Below are positions 50,838-63,802 of a stretch of DNA of 64,000 bases, piece after piece. Under the pieces are notes generated by a model, which was given only the letters and a program-made list of their open reading frames with translations, was not told the origin of the DNA and searched no databases. The translations under genes were made by a program, and so were the position numbers. Source of the stretch: Okamejei kenojei (lineage: Eukaryota); assembly GCA_035221665.1 (NCBI GenBank), contig CM069133.1:20584001-20648000 (forward strand), given 5' to 3'. How positions within the stretch are numbered: the stretch's first letter is position 1; each line of letters starts with the position of its first letter.

Positions 50838-52590
50838 GAGAAACATAGAAAATAGATGCAGGAATAGGCCATTCAGCTACCACCATTCAATATGATCATG
50901 GCTGATCATCCAAAATCAGTCCCCCGTTCCTGCTTTCTCCCCATATCCCTTGATTCCGTTAGCCCTATAAGAACTACATTATATCCAACTCTACTCTTTC
51001 GGAAAACATCCACTGGAATTTGGCCTCCACTGCCTTCTCTGGCAGAGAATTCCAACAGATTCACAAACTCTGTGAGGCGGAAAACATTTATTCTCTCATC
51101 TCGAGTCCTAAGTGGCTTACCCCATTACTATTACCAACTTTATTATTGTACAGGGAAAATCTTACTTTGAGCTGCAGGCAAAAAAATGTATGTCACTGTA
51201 ATGTTGAGACACATGACAATAAAAGAAACCATTGAACCATTGAGCCCCCCTCGGGAAAGCTTCATCACACCCGTGTTCGCCAGCGATGCTGTCTGACCAT
51301 TATAGATTTCAGCATTATAGACATAGATACAATAGGTGCAGGAGTAGGCCCATTAGGCCCTTCGAGCCATACACACCACCATTCAATGTGATAATGGCTG
51401 ATATCACAATCAGTACCCCCGTTCCTGCCTTGCTCCCCATATCCACTGACCTCCGCTTATCTTAAAGAAGCACCTATGTATCTCTCTCTTGAAAGTATCC
51501 AGAGAAACTGGCCTCCACCGCTCTATCTGAGCAGAGAAATCACAGACTCACAACTCAGGGTGAAAGGTGTGTTCCGCATCTCGTTTCTAAATGACTTACC
51601 CCCTTAATTCAAAGATATGGTCCCTGGTTTGGGAACTACCCAACATTCGGGAACATGGTTTCCTGCTCTATGAGTGTCAAACCCTTATTAATTTGATATG
51701 TTTCAATAAGATATCCTCTCATCATCTATGTCCGAGATGTACAAGCCAGCCGCTACATTCTCTAAGCATTATGACTTACAATTGAAATGGATATAATTCC
51801 TGAGACAAACAGACAAATGTGTTACCATGATTTGGCGAGCTTGATAGAGTCATAGAGTTGTTATCAACTGTGGGAAAACAGGCCCTTCGGAAAATCCTCC
51901 TGCCACACCGGCAAAATACATAAGTCAGTACACTGCTCCCACCTTGCCTGCGTTTGGTCCCTATAAAACCTCCAAACCTGTCCTGTACCCTGATATTGAG
52001 GGCACTGTTCATCCTCTCTCCAAGAATATTGCAGCTTCAAGGGACTCAACACCCTTGAATTCTACAACTAAGATCACGTGCTGTATCAGAACTGGCCATT
52101 CTGCCATGCAGCTATTCTGTCTGTGAAATTTGCTAAGTATTATTGTCCTCCCCCCATGCATAGCCTGACCTACTGGGCATGTAGGCTAAACCTTATTTTA
52201 AAGGTCAGAAGTTGGGGGATAAAGGAGCAGAATTAGGTCATCCGGCCGGCCCCATCCTCCAGTCTACTCTACCATTCAATCTGGCTGAACTATCTCTCCC
52301 TCTCAACCCCATTCTCTGCCTTTCTCCCCATAAAACCTTTGACACCCATACATCAGTGCCTGTCGATCTCCACCTTAAAAAAGACCCAATGACGGCATCA
52401 CAAGCCGTCTTGGAATGATTCTCAGATCGCCAACTGACTAAATAAATTCCTCTCATTCCTCCTTCTTAAGATAGGCCTTTTATTTTGAGGACTATGACCT
52501 CTGGTCTAGACACTTAATGGAAAACATCCTCTCCACAATCCACACTCTAATCAAGGCCTTTCACTATTCCAGTATGTTTTCAATGAGATT
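50838..52590 (-). mobile_element. Cluster of CR1 3' fragments (~50838-51130, 51305-51775, 51845-52010, 52200-52590)
   Basis: CR1 3' UTR motifs; indel-rich. Confidence 0.7.
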
Positions 52591-53338
52591 TCCTTTCACC
52601 GTTTTGGGAAGTGTAGGTTATGTGGGGGTTATACAGCCGCGGTACAGAATATAGCGCGCTGGTAATTTTCGGAATAAACCCGCTCGGGATGTATGCTGAC
52701 ATGATGTCGCGCCTATCTGTTTGATTTATGCCTTTTCAATTTGCCGATGCTTGACAGCCTATAAATCCAGTTATTATAAAAACACAGGGGGCCTGTATTT
52801 TGATGAGGTGAGAGGAAAAGGATAGAAGTAAAACACAAAGTGCGTAGGAAGCAACCTGCAGAAATTGGTTACATCAAAGATAGATCAACTAAGTGCTGGG
52901 TAACTCAGCAGGTCAGGGCAGCATTGTAGAGGATGGCTGGACAACAGTTTTTGGGCAGGAGCCTTCTAGACCGTCGATCCAAAACGTCACGTATTCCTGT
53001 TCCGCGAGATGCTGTATGATCTGCTGAGTTACTCCAGGTTTTTGCATCGATCTTCGGTTTCAACCAGGATTTGTAGTTCCTTCCTACATAAGTGATGGAG
53101 TAACTCAGCCTGAATAACGGAGCAGTGTCCTGACCAGAAATGTCGCTTGTCCATTCCTTCCGCAGATGCTGCCTTATCCCCTGTGTTGCTCCAGCATTCT
53201 GTGTTTTATTCAGTATCTGCAGATACACACAAAAGGCTGGAGTAACTCAACGAGCCAGGCAGCATCTCTGGAGAGAAAGAATGGGTAATGTTTTGAGTCG
53301 GGACCGTTCTTCGGGACCAGTGTCAATACTTCATCAGT

Positions 53339-53366
53339 CTGAAGAAGGGTCTCAACCCGAAACGTC
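53339..53366 (+). ncRNA. Minimal hammerhead motif, intact core, in a fold-back pair of modules
   Basis: CTGAAGA A GGGT CTCA ACCC GAAAC GTC. Confidence 0.7.
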
Positions 53367-55799
53367 ACCCATTCCTTCTCTCCAGAGATGCCGCCTGTTC
53401 CGCTGAGTTACGGCAGCACTTTGCGTCTATCTTCAGTTTAATCCAGCATCTGCAGTTCCTTCTTACACATTCCAGTATCAACAGTTCTTTGTGCCCCAAG
53501 GCAGAGATAGAAGCTGATTTTTTAAATCAAAAATATTTTGAAACTTTACGCTGCACCTTTTAATGAATTAACGTCTTTGAACCTCATTATGTGCTTGTTA
53601 TAACAATATTAAATCATGCCCAGATATGAACCTTCACAGCATCTGAGCTGCTTATGATGAAAAAAAAATAGATAGAATGCTCATTACATGTTTTGTACTT
53701 TGTGGGGACTAATTTAATGGTTAGCTCATGGAATTTTATTTTTGGAAAATATACCATTGCAAATGCTGCAGGTTCTTGGACTTTCACCAGATGAACACTG
53801 AAAACAAACCCACAAGAACTTGCCAAAAACAATTGGATTCATGTCAAACTACAAAAAACAGAGATGCAATGTATTTTCCAATTATCATAGCAATCTTTTG
53901 GAGTTAAAACAGCTTTTGCATTAGCATAGGTTCGCTGATTAGCTTTTAAGTAAAGGAATCAATATTAATTCCAGTTTTAAATATAATTTGCTGAGATTTT
54001 ATTTATAGGTTCCAAAGCTTCGAATGCAGAACCTTGATCACTGGTGTTAAAATGCTTTGTAAATTGGTTCCTGTCGACATCAGCTAGTTTTGAATACGAG
54101 TTGAAAGATAGCTAATGCCAATAGGAACCAATTTACAAACATTTTGTGGGAAAAAAAACAGTGCAAATATTAATGCAAAGCCTAATTTCAGGTAACTGAG
54201 GTATAAATCTGATAAACCGCGATGCTAAACAATCCATTTCTGACTGCACCCGTTTACTTTGACCGACCAGACTGAACTTCCCTTGAATTGCACACGAGGA
54301 CACACAATTGGAAGCGTGTTGTGTTGATATTTAATTGGGTTTGATAAGCTCCAAAAATAAGGCCTCTGCTGCTAGAAACTACCATTACATGAAGGGCATT
54401 GGTTTTGTCTTCTGCATTATTATAGGTTTTTTGTGTGAGTCACGTTGTGAGGCATGTGTGTGGTACACACACCACACGTTATATTTATACACATATATAA
54501 TATATTTATTTTTTTTTTTTTTATATTTTTTTTCTCATTATTTATATTATTTACAGTTTGTTTACTATTCTAGTGCTGCTGCTGCAAGTAAGAATGCCAT
54601 CGTCCTATCTGGGACATGTGGACAATAAAAACACCTTGACTCTCTTTGAAGTTCCTAAAATTCCCAATAATATGGTGTTTGCTATGGTGCTCTGAAGTTT
54701 CGAAAGTTACTAAGATGGTATTAACTATTTCAATTAATTATCCGTAAAACATCTTTCTCTTTCTTTTGTCCCCATGTTTTCAACTACAGAATTGGGTCAC
54801 GTTCCTTTAAAATTCTCCCCGTGGGCCGCCATTTCGCTACGGTGTGTGGAATTTAGGATAAAAGGCATGTTTTTTTTCTCTTTTAAAATCAGAAACATTT
54901 GTGATTTGTTTATCCTTTGGATATCCCCTTCTGTTCCAATGTACTGGAAAAATCTCAGCCCAGCCTCCCTCCTAGTTCCTTCTTTTATTATAGTTGGAAT
55001 TATTCCACTGGGATCTGCTCGCTAAGTAGCTTCAGTTTCCCAGATGCCGAATAACGAAACTTCCTGGTAATCTCTGATTTCTGTTAAGCGCTTGCGGGTG
55101 CCCTTGAGAACTAAATAACTCTCAGGGCTGGAACACTGCTTTGTTTTTCTCTCTGTGTTGGCTACTGATGAAAAGAATGATCATAAATGATAAGTGTTGG
55201 TACCACTTATTTTCGTAATGATCGTACCCGTCCTTAAATATTCTAAATGAGTGGGAACAAAGAGAAAATGCTGCCTCCTCACCAACTTCTTTTTCACATT
55301 TATTTTTCCTCTCCCCACTGATTGCTTTTTTAATACCTTTCCTGTTACTTTTATTCTGTACAATCCCTTTCCCCCGCTCTCGTAAAATCTTTTTAAGTTT
55401 GCCTTTCATGACCCACTTTAAATTTTTATATCATTAGCATCTGGGGTATCGTTTTTGAATTTTCCTCCCTCCTGTTACTCTTAGCGAAGAATGTTTTTCC
55501 AAATCTTAGGCACTGTACATAACAATGCCAAAGTACAATTTTGTGTTTTGTGGCCAAGTTTCTCCTTCTTACAAACCTGGTGATATCTATTGATGTTCTT
55601 CAGTACCATATGTTTTTTGATAACTTTTCATAGTAATTAGAGTCATGCACCATGGAAATGAGCTTTTGGCAACGGTGTATGGTCTTCTCATTAAGTTCCC
55701 CTCTTAACTACTCTCAATTACCTTAATCTCAATACCTTAGTAATTCAAGTGCTTCATACGTCTAAGTGTTTTTTTTAACGTGTGTGAAACCTTCGACCT

Positions 55800-56120
55800 T
55801 TTAGACTATAAACTTTAGAGATACAGTGCGGTAACAGGGGGGGGGGTCCTTCGCCCCCTCCGAGCAGCGGTGACCAGCGATCACCCTGTACACTAGCACT
55901 ATCCTTACACACTAGGGGGACATTTTACATTTTTCCATTACAAATTAAACCTACATCCTGTAACATCTTTGGGGTATTGGAAGGAAACCGTTAGCTCCGG
56001 AGAAAAACCTGTAGTGGTCACAGGAAACACAACGTACCTTCGCATTAACAGCAACCAGTTGGTCATAAACCTGGGTCTCTGGCTCTGTATGGCAGCACTC
56101 TACGCTTGCGCACTGTGCTG
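55800..56120 (-). mobile_element. V-SINE, degraded
   Basis: AGACTTTAGAGATACAG-type tail and SINE body on minus. Confidence 0.7.
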
Positions 56121-56996
56121 ACCTTAAAGATTAAGGACTTAAGGGCGCCCTTAAGATTCTTCAGGATCTTGTGGGGTGATTGTGTATATCACAGCATTAT
56201 TAGTCTCTCTAAAAATGCAAAACTAACTGTTTTCAGGAATAAAATTATAGCCGACAATTTATCTTCCCATCTCATGAACTCATTAATATTGTTACGTTGA
56301 TGTAGATGACCTTCTCCACTGTCAACAACAGCAACCATTTTGTGTTTTATCATTTGCAAGAATTATTACTTTTGCCTATAAATGCAAACGACTTGAAATT
56401 TTTTATCCATGTTAAGTCTTTCTGTTTTCAACAAAAAGCTTTTGGCATTGTGCCTCGGTACATACGGAAACGGAACATCCAAAACATCCTACGCATTAAA
56501 GATAGACGCAAAATGCTGGAGTAACTCAAAACAGGTCAGGCAGCATCCCGAGAAAAATAAATAAGGTAACGTTTGGGGTCGACGAGGCCCTTCTTCAGAC
56601 TTCACCTATTCCTTTTCTCCAGAGGACGAGCTGCCTGAACCCGATGGAGTTAATCCCCTGCCATTTTTGTGTCTTATTCAGTGTAAAAACCATGCATCTG
56701 CAGTTCTTCCTACACATCCTCAACATTTTTTTTTTCGATATATTATAACAGCACCAAGGGTCCCAGCACCCAACATTATGATACTCCACTGGTCAACAGG
56801 CTAACGAGAATCAAAATCCATTCTATCCACCCAACGTCAATTTCAGATCAAATTTGCTCCAAATGGGTCTTTAGAATACCAGTGCACAGTTTATTTTGGA
56901 TCAATTCTCCCTGTCATAGGCTTTTACTGAGGTAATTGCTGCCTACATTAACTGCACGTGTGCGCGCAGTGGTAAGAGTTTGCTGCTAATCTCTAA

Positions 56997-57277
56997 TGGG
57001 CCTGTCCCACTTAGCCGATTTTTAGGTGACCACAGCCGTCTGCCGAAAACATTGTTCAACATGTTGAAAATGGAAAATCCTCTGGCAACAGTTGGCAACA
57101 ATTTAGGCCTGTCCGTAGTTGCTGTGATAGGTTTGTCGCCAAGTTTTAAAAAATCGAGGTAGATTGTCGCCAGGTGACCTAGGTATTGTCGATGGTGCTG
57201 ACTTCGGTGATTTTCCCATTGTCCTCGTCGCTTGGCAGTAGTCGCCTAAGAAATTGCTTTAGTACGGGACTGGCCCA
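56997..57277. mobile_element. PIF/Harbinger-type MITE inserted in a V-SINE head
   Basis: TAA|TGGGCCTGTCCCACTT ... GGGACTGGCCCA|TAA; related to 7981-8211. Confidence 0.85.
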
Positions 57278-57992
57278 TAACAGGCCAGAGTGACCCGATG
57301 TTCGATCTCCTGACCATGGGTGCTGTCTGTTAGGAGTTTGTACGTTTCTCCAATGATTTTCTCCGGGTGCTCCGGTTTCCTCCCATTATCAAAGAACGGA
57401 ACTAGGTGTGTAGAATTAAAGCAGGTTGGTCACACCTTGGATTCAGAAGGAATGCTTCACTGATCAATGGAAAAAGTAGAGGCTTATTTCTTGGGCTGGT
57501 CGAACCAAGGAAGAGAAGTTGTTATATTGATGACACGCGAAGAAACTGCTAGTATGTGGAATATTGAACAAAACACCAAAGTCACGGGAAGGAACTTGGC
57601 AGTCAGGGCAGCATCTGTATGGCAGGAATGGTACTTGACGGACATCTTGGGTTTGGGGACTTCTTTCGAACTTAGTAAACCGGCTTATCATTTCTGATCA
57701 GAGAATCAAGGCGGATTGTATTGTCCAGAGCTGTCAACCAGGCCAATTCCCTTTTATTTTGATACCTTCTGAGCTGAATCCAGAGCTAGGATAGTCATCA
57801 TAACTTAAACCAACCACTCTTTCGTCTTCAATAATACATTTCATGGCTTGTTGATTTAAAAGGAAAACACCTGGGTTTGAGAATGTCTCGGCCCAATGTT
57901 GTTCTCACATTCAGCTTTTGACTAAGCAGAGGTATCTGTTTCTGCTATCGCATTGTCTGTTTGGGAAGTTGCTGTGTGCAATAACAGTAATG

Positions 57993-58350
57993 TTTAGTTT
58001 AAATTTTTGGTTTAGTTTAGATTAAAGATACAGCGCGGAAACAGGCCTGGGCCCACCGGCCGTCCGCCGCCCCCCCCCCCCCCCCCCCCCCCCCCCCGAC
58101 CAGCGATCCCAGACACATTACCATATCCTACTCCACTAGGGGACAATTATTTTACATTTACACCAATGCCAAATTATACCTACAAACCCTGTGCGTCTTT
58201 GGAGTGTGGGAGGAAACGAAGATCTCCTCGAGAGAAAACCCACACAGACGTACAGACACAGTACAGACTGCACCCGTGGTCAGGATTGAACCTGGGGCTC
58301 CGACGCTGCAATTCGCAACAAGGCAGCACCTCCTACCGCTGCGCCACGAG
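57993..58350 (-). mobile_element. V-SINE with internal poly-C expansion
   Basis: Head GTGGCGCAGCGGTAG on minus; C run at ~58070-58097. Confidence 0.8.
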
Positions 58351-58534
58351 TGACCCCCTCCGTGACCCCATCCCCCAGTTGCCTCCGAGTTCTCTTACTC
58401 AACAGTGCTAGACATACTTCAAAGAATTTAATTGCCTACAAAGTGCTGTATCAAGTCCTGGAAGGTAACACATAAATCCAAGTGTGTAGGAAGGAACTGC
58501 AGATGCTGGTTTAAACCAAAGATAGATACCAGCA

Positions 58535-59195
58535 TCTAGGAGTTAAAGTTCATGGTTCCTTGAAGGTCGAGTCACAGGTACGTAAGGTGGTCAAAAAGGC
58601 TTTTGTCACTTTGGCCTTCATCAGTCAGAGTATTGAGTATAGAAGTTGGGAGGTCATGTTGCAGTTGTATAAGACGTCGGTGAGACCGCATTTAGAATAT
58701 TGTGTTCAGTTCTGGGCACCGTGTTATAGGAAAGATATAGTCACAGCTTTGAAGGATTTCAGGAAAAGATTTTACGTGGATGATTGCCAGGACTTGAGAG
58801 TGTGAGCTATAGGGAGACGGTTGAGTAGGCTGGGGTCTTATTCCATGGCGCATAGGATGATGAGGAAGAGCATCTTATAACTGGTATACACAATATCATG
58901 AGAGGAATAGATTGGGTAGATGCACAGAGTCTTTTACACAGAGAATGGGGGAAATCGAGGACAGGAGGAACATAGGTTCAAGGTGAAGGGGTAAAGATTA
59001 TAATATAGGAATCGATGGGTAACTTTTTCAACATACATATCTATGGAACGACATAGCTGCCAGAGGAGGTAGTTGAGGCTTGGGTCTATCCCATCGGTAT
59101 TAAGGATCAGTTGGGACAGGGACATGGATAGCGACGGTTTGGAGGGATATGGACCAAGCGCAGGCAAGTGGGACTAGGGTAGCTGGGACATTGTT
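58535..59195 (+). mobile_element. CR1 3' portion
   Basis: VMLQLYKTSVRPHLEYCVQFWAPCYRKDI. Confidence 0.85.
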
Positions 59196-59200
59196 GAGGT

Positions 59201-59228
59201 GACGTTTCGGGTCGAGACCCTTCTTCAG
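59201..59228 (-). ncRNA. Minimal hammerhead motif, intact core, almost without flanking module
   Basis: Minus strand CTGAAGA A GGGT CTCG ACCC GAAAC GTC. Confidence 0.7.
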
Positions 59229-59532
59229 ACTGAGAATCGTTCATTTTTTCTTACTTTGCATCTTCTTCCTCCTTTCCCCTTTAACCACCTGTAACATAGC
59301 ACAGTCCATAACCCTCTATTCCATGCATATCCATGTACCTATCCAAGAGCCTCTTAAATACCACCATCGTATCTGCCTCAAACCACCACCCATGGCTCTC
59401 TCAGGATGGTAGGCAGCATAGATTTAGAAGGGTCTGCCAGGAAAGCCTGCTGAGTTGCTGCAGTACATTCCAAACTGGCAGAGAGAGTGGGGGTTTAAGA
59501 TGTCTGACCTGCTGGTTTATTTCAAAGGCCCC

Positions 59533-60719
59533 CAAATAAGTGTGGTTCGGTATTCCGACGGCGCATGCCAAAGGTTCAAAGGGCACTCAGCATAACACAT
59601 TGCAGTGGTGGAAGCAGTGGAGCTTAGCTGTGAGACTATATCATCATCCGTTTTTTCCAGGTTTTGATTCTTCTAGGTAAGAAAATACCGTTTTCAAACT
59701 ATGAATTAGATGTACTACTTGTTCCTTAATGTTAAAAACCTAAGATTATTTGTAGTTTTTAATATGCTTTAAATGGCTTCGTGTGAGTGAGCGAGTGGTC
59801 GGGGGTCCGAAGCTTTCCCGGCGCTCTGCGGGTTTACTGTAGAGTGCTGCTGCTGGGCTGTCCTCCGTCCCCCCCAGGTGATGGTCGTCCTTGTCCCGGG
59901 GGCTGCCGGAGGTGTCCGGAGGTGTCGAGCGGCGTGCAGCGGCGCATCTCTCCTGTCCAGTGCGGCGGTGGACGAGCGTGGTCATCGGCCTGTGGGCCGG
60001 TTTGCTCCGGGCTCGCTCTCCTGTCTATTCAGGCCCGGGGGCTGTGGGGTTGGCTCAGCGGGGCAGGTTAGGAGTTGAGCTGGGGTTGGCGTTCTTCTCC
60101 TCGCTGTTGGGGCGCCCGCTGCTCTGGGGTTCGCCACGGACGCTCTCCACCCGCCCCCGGACGGGGATGGGACACTCGGGTGGGGATGGTCCAGTGCGGT
60201 TTTCAGCAAGCACCTTGCGCGGCCACGGGACCCGGGTTCGATCATTGGCTGTCGGAGGAGGTGCTGGTCTGTTTGCGCATCAGCTGACGAGGAATGTCTT
60301 CTCCCGTCGTTTTCAGTCTCTCCCTCCCCCCTCCCCATTCCACTCGCAACTTCTGCCCCCCCCCCTACTTGCTGTTACACAACTCTCCGTCTACCTGCAC
60401 CCCCCGTGTCGCCTCCGGGGTGGTACATCCCCGTCCCGGTGGCTGGCCCGCGGTGCCCGCCGGTCCCGTCCCCGTTGTCCCCCGGTTCCGTTCCCGCCGT
60501 GCCGTCCGACTAACTGGCACCCCGATCGTTTAGTCCAGCAGCCGTCTCTCAGATTAAACTGGTATTTTTAACACGTATAAATCATGAATAACGAATAGGA
60601 ATTTATACACTGATTTTATACAGTCATCGACTTTCGTATGCTTTCTCTTATATTGAATGACCTTTAAAACAAATCCATGTTTCTTGCGTGTTTTTTTCGG
60701 GAATTAACCCCCATATTAT
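59533..60719. mobile_element. Relative of the TIR element at 3260-4420
   Basis: Left end AATAAGTGTGGTTCGGTATTCCGACGGCGCATGC; right end GAATGACCTTT...CAAATCCATGTTTCTTGCG...GGAAT; both align to the ends of 3260-4420. Confidence 0.65.
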
Positions 60720-60869
60720 CAGTTATGGAAACTAAAGTCTGAAAAACCATATTTTTTTTTTAATTGATCTTGGTATTTCTGCTTGGCAAAATATCAAACT
60801 AAAGGACCATCCTTCCTTAATTGTTGAAATTCTGCATTCTACGTGTGTTCTTTAAAAACGCAAGCTTCA

Positions 60870-61352
60870 ACTTATAGAAACATATAAAATAATAAAAAGG
60901 TAAAGAAACATATAAAATTAAAAACGACGCTGGGACAAGCTTATAGAAAACATTTAAAATTTAAAAGGGACAGGGATAAGTTAGATGGCAGGAAAAAAAG
61001 ATGTTCCAATATTGGGCGAGTCCAGAAACCAGGGGGCCACAGTCTTAGAATAAAGAGGGGAGGTCATTTCTTTAAGGACTGAGCTCTGAGAAAAAAAAAC
61101 ATTTACAGAGAGTTGTATAATGGAATTTTCTCTGCCACAGAGGGACAGTGGAGGCAAAATCCACTGGATGAATTTAAGAGAGAGTTAGATATAGAGCCTA
61201 GACTAGGGGCAAGTGGAGTCAAAAACAGGGATAATGGGAGAGAGTCGAGGGCACGGGTTCTTGATAGGGATGGATCAGCCATGATCGTATTGAATGGCGG
61301 TGCTGGCTCTAGGGCCGAATGGCCATCCTCCTGCACATTTGCTATGTTTCTA
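60870..61352 (+). mobile_element. CR1 3' fragment with reiterated 5' junction
   Basis: AGAAACATATAAAAT-like unit occurs three times before the CR1 ORF end. Confidence 0.75.
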
Positions 61353-62599
61353 GTATACAGCAATTTCTAAATATTTTTCAGCTGATTTCCATTTTCACTT
61401 CACGTTCTGTGCATCATTTTGTTAGATCCAACTATCCTCAAAATTGCTGGTAGACACAAAAACGCTGGAGTAACTCAAGCAGGACCAGGCAGAGCATCGC
61501 GCTGGAGAGAAGGATGATGGGGTGATGTTTCCGAGTCGTTCTTCAGACTCAAAGATTATCAATAATTCTCAATATTGCTATTATAAATATGCGACGAAAA
61601 AAAAAATTCATTTTTCTTTGCAAATTAAACACTACATATTGCCCAGGGCAATATAATTATTGGCCAGAAGTTTAATGCATTCAATTTTTAAAAAATATAA
61701 CCTGGACTATTTACACCTATCCTCAAAAATACTTTAAATTAGCCATCTCTGCAGTTGTCAAAAAAATTCAAAAATGTCTTTATCCTATTGGGTAGAAGTA
61801 ACTGCAGAATGCTTGGTTTACACTGAAGATAGACCACTCAAAAAATGCTGGAGTACCTCAGTGGGGACGGTCGTGTGAGATTAAAAGCAATGGGATGCTG
61901 AAAAAGCTGAGAAGAAAAAGGAACATCTTATGAATACCTATAGCAGGGAAAGGAGGGATATGAATCAAGTGCAGGCAGGGAGAGATTTGTTTAGCACTCA
62001 GTCAGTTATGGACCAATGTGGGCTGAAGGGCCAATTTCCTGTGCTCTACTGTTTTGAATATATTTGTTGTACACTTTTTTTTACAGAGGTCCAAAACGTT
62101 AAATAGCTGATGAACCTTAGATTGAATAAAAATAATTCTAAAGGAAGTTCCTGATTTCAAGTTGGCTTAATTACTTCTGTAAAGATATCCAGCAAAATCC
62201 CTTGGAAGAGACTGTCTAAATGTGATGTTGGTGACTAAACAGAGTGACGTTCTATTGCATCATCCAAACTGCATTCTACGAGCTTCAATGGTCCCTTGGA
62301 TGGCTTTGCATATTTGGCAAAGCAGATGTAGTGATTAAAATTATACATTTTAATAGCTCTGTGCATCTCAGTAGGTACTCAGACACGGAGATTTTCCAGG
62401 CCCAATTAATTCCCATTAAAACAAGCCTAAAATGAAATGTATTCTTTTTGCCAAGTTAAGAGATATGCTTTAATAACATTTGCAAAGCAACAGCAGTGCG
62501 TGAATGCACCAAGTGCTGGTGTAACTCAGTGGGTCAGGCAGCATCTCCAGATTCTGGGACTGTTTACTTCCCTGTTGTTCACTTGACACTTTACCTGCG

Positions 62600-63190
62600 A
62601 CTTTGAAGATACAGCAATGAAACAAGCCCTTCAGACCATACAAATTTCCATGCTGGCCAGATGCTCAGGCATATCCTACACGCTACCGGACAAATTTTTT
62701 TACAACTCATTCCCAAAGCCAATGAAGTAAACGAAACCTTGTGCGATTTGTGGGTTTAAAAGTTATGGGAGGAAAACTGAACACAACCTGAGAAAACCCA
62801 CATGGTGACGGGGAGAATGATCAAACCCTGTACAGACAGCACCCGTAGTCAGGATGGAACCCGGGTCTCCGGCGCTGTAAGGCAGCAACTCTACCACTGC
62901 GCCACCGTGCCATTATCAGGCAACTGAACGGTCCTTTCATCAGCTGGAATGCATTCCTGACCTCCCATCGACCTCATTGGAAACCTTTGAACTGTTTCAT
63001 AATTGGACTTTATGGGACTTCACTGTCCTATCTCGCGCTAAATATTGCAGTCTTGACCCTTTATCTGAGCACTGTGGATAGATTGATTGTATTCACACAT
63101 GGCCGTTTCCTTCACAGCTTAGCACGCTAACAAAAGCTCTTCACTGCACCTCCATGCACATGATAATAACATACTAAACTAAACTGAACA
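62600..63190. mobile_element. V-SINE (minus, ~62600-62912) followed by a Rex 3' UTR (plus)
   Basis: Head GGCACGGTGGCGCAGTGGTAG on minus; TTATCAGGCAACTGAAC...ACTAAACTAAAC. Confidence 0.75.
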
Positions 63191-63304
63191 TTGCTGGAGA
63201 ACATAGAGAGGTAACATTTTGGATCGGGACCCTTCTTCAGACCCAAAACATCACCTATCCATGGTCTCCAGAGATGCTGACTGACCCGCACTGGTCAGCA
63301 CTGT

Positions 63305-63712
63305 GCCTGGACTCGCTGGAGTTTAGAAGGTTGAGAGGGAATCTCATTGAAACTTACAGAATAATTAGGCATAGATAGAGTGGATGTGGAAAGGATGTTT
63401 CCAATGGTGGGAGAGCCAACGACCAGAGGCCATAGCCTCAGAATTAAAGGGCGCACTTTTAGAAAGGAGGTGAGGAGGACCTTCTTTAGTCAGGAGGTAG
63501 TTAATCTGTGGAACTCATTGCCACAGAAGGCGCAAGTCGGTGGAAATTTGTAAGGCAGAGATAGACAAATTCTTGATTAGAACGAGTGTCAAGGGTTATG
63601 GGAAGAAGGCAGGAAAATGGGATTAGGAGGGAGAGATCAGCCATGATTGAATGGCGGAGTGGACTCGATGGGCCGAATGGCCTAATTCTGCTCCTGTAAC
63701 TTGTGAACTTGT
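63305..63712 (+). mobile_element. CR1 3' fragment
   Basis: CTCGCTGGAGTTTAGAAGG...CR1 3' UTR, (AACTTGTG)n tail. Confidence 0.85.
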
Positions 63713-63782
63713 GAGCCCGCTGAGTTACTCCAGCATTTTGTGCCTTTTTCTGCTTTAGTAACGGTTGCAAACCAATAGCTGC

Positions 63783-63802
63783 CTGAAGAAGGCCGAAACG
63801 TC
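63783..63802 (+). ncRNA. Ultra-short hammerhead-like motif
   Basis: CTGAAGA A GGCC GAAAC GTC: core intact, helix II reduced to GGCC. Confidence 0.45.

Noticed and set aside
52590-52800. Foreign-looking CpG-containing segment
   Set aside because: Short, no ORF support, continues a noisy CR1 fragment; most likely sequencing noise.
54760-55620. Lys-rich minus ORF suggestive of a decayed L1 or transposase
   Set aside because: Only vague similarity, in an error-prone region; cannot be supported without a search.
59746-60571. CpG-island promoter or 226-aa gene
   Set aside because: GC-rich interior of the TIR-bounded element; overlapping low-complexity ORFs in several frames reflect GC content.
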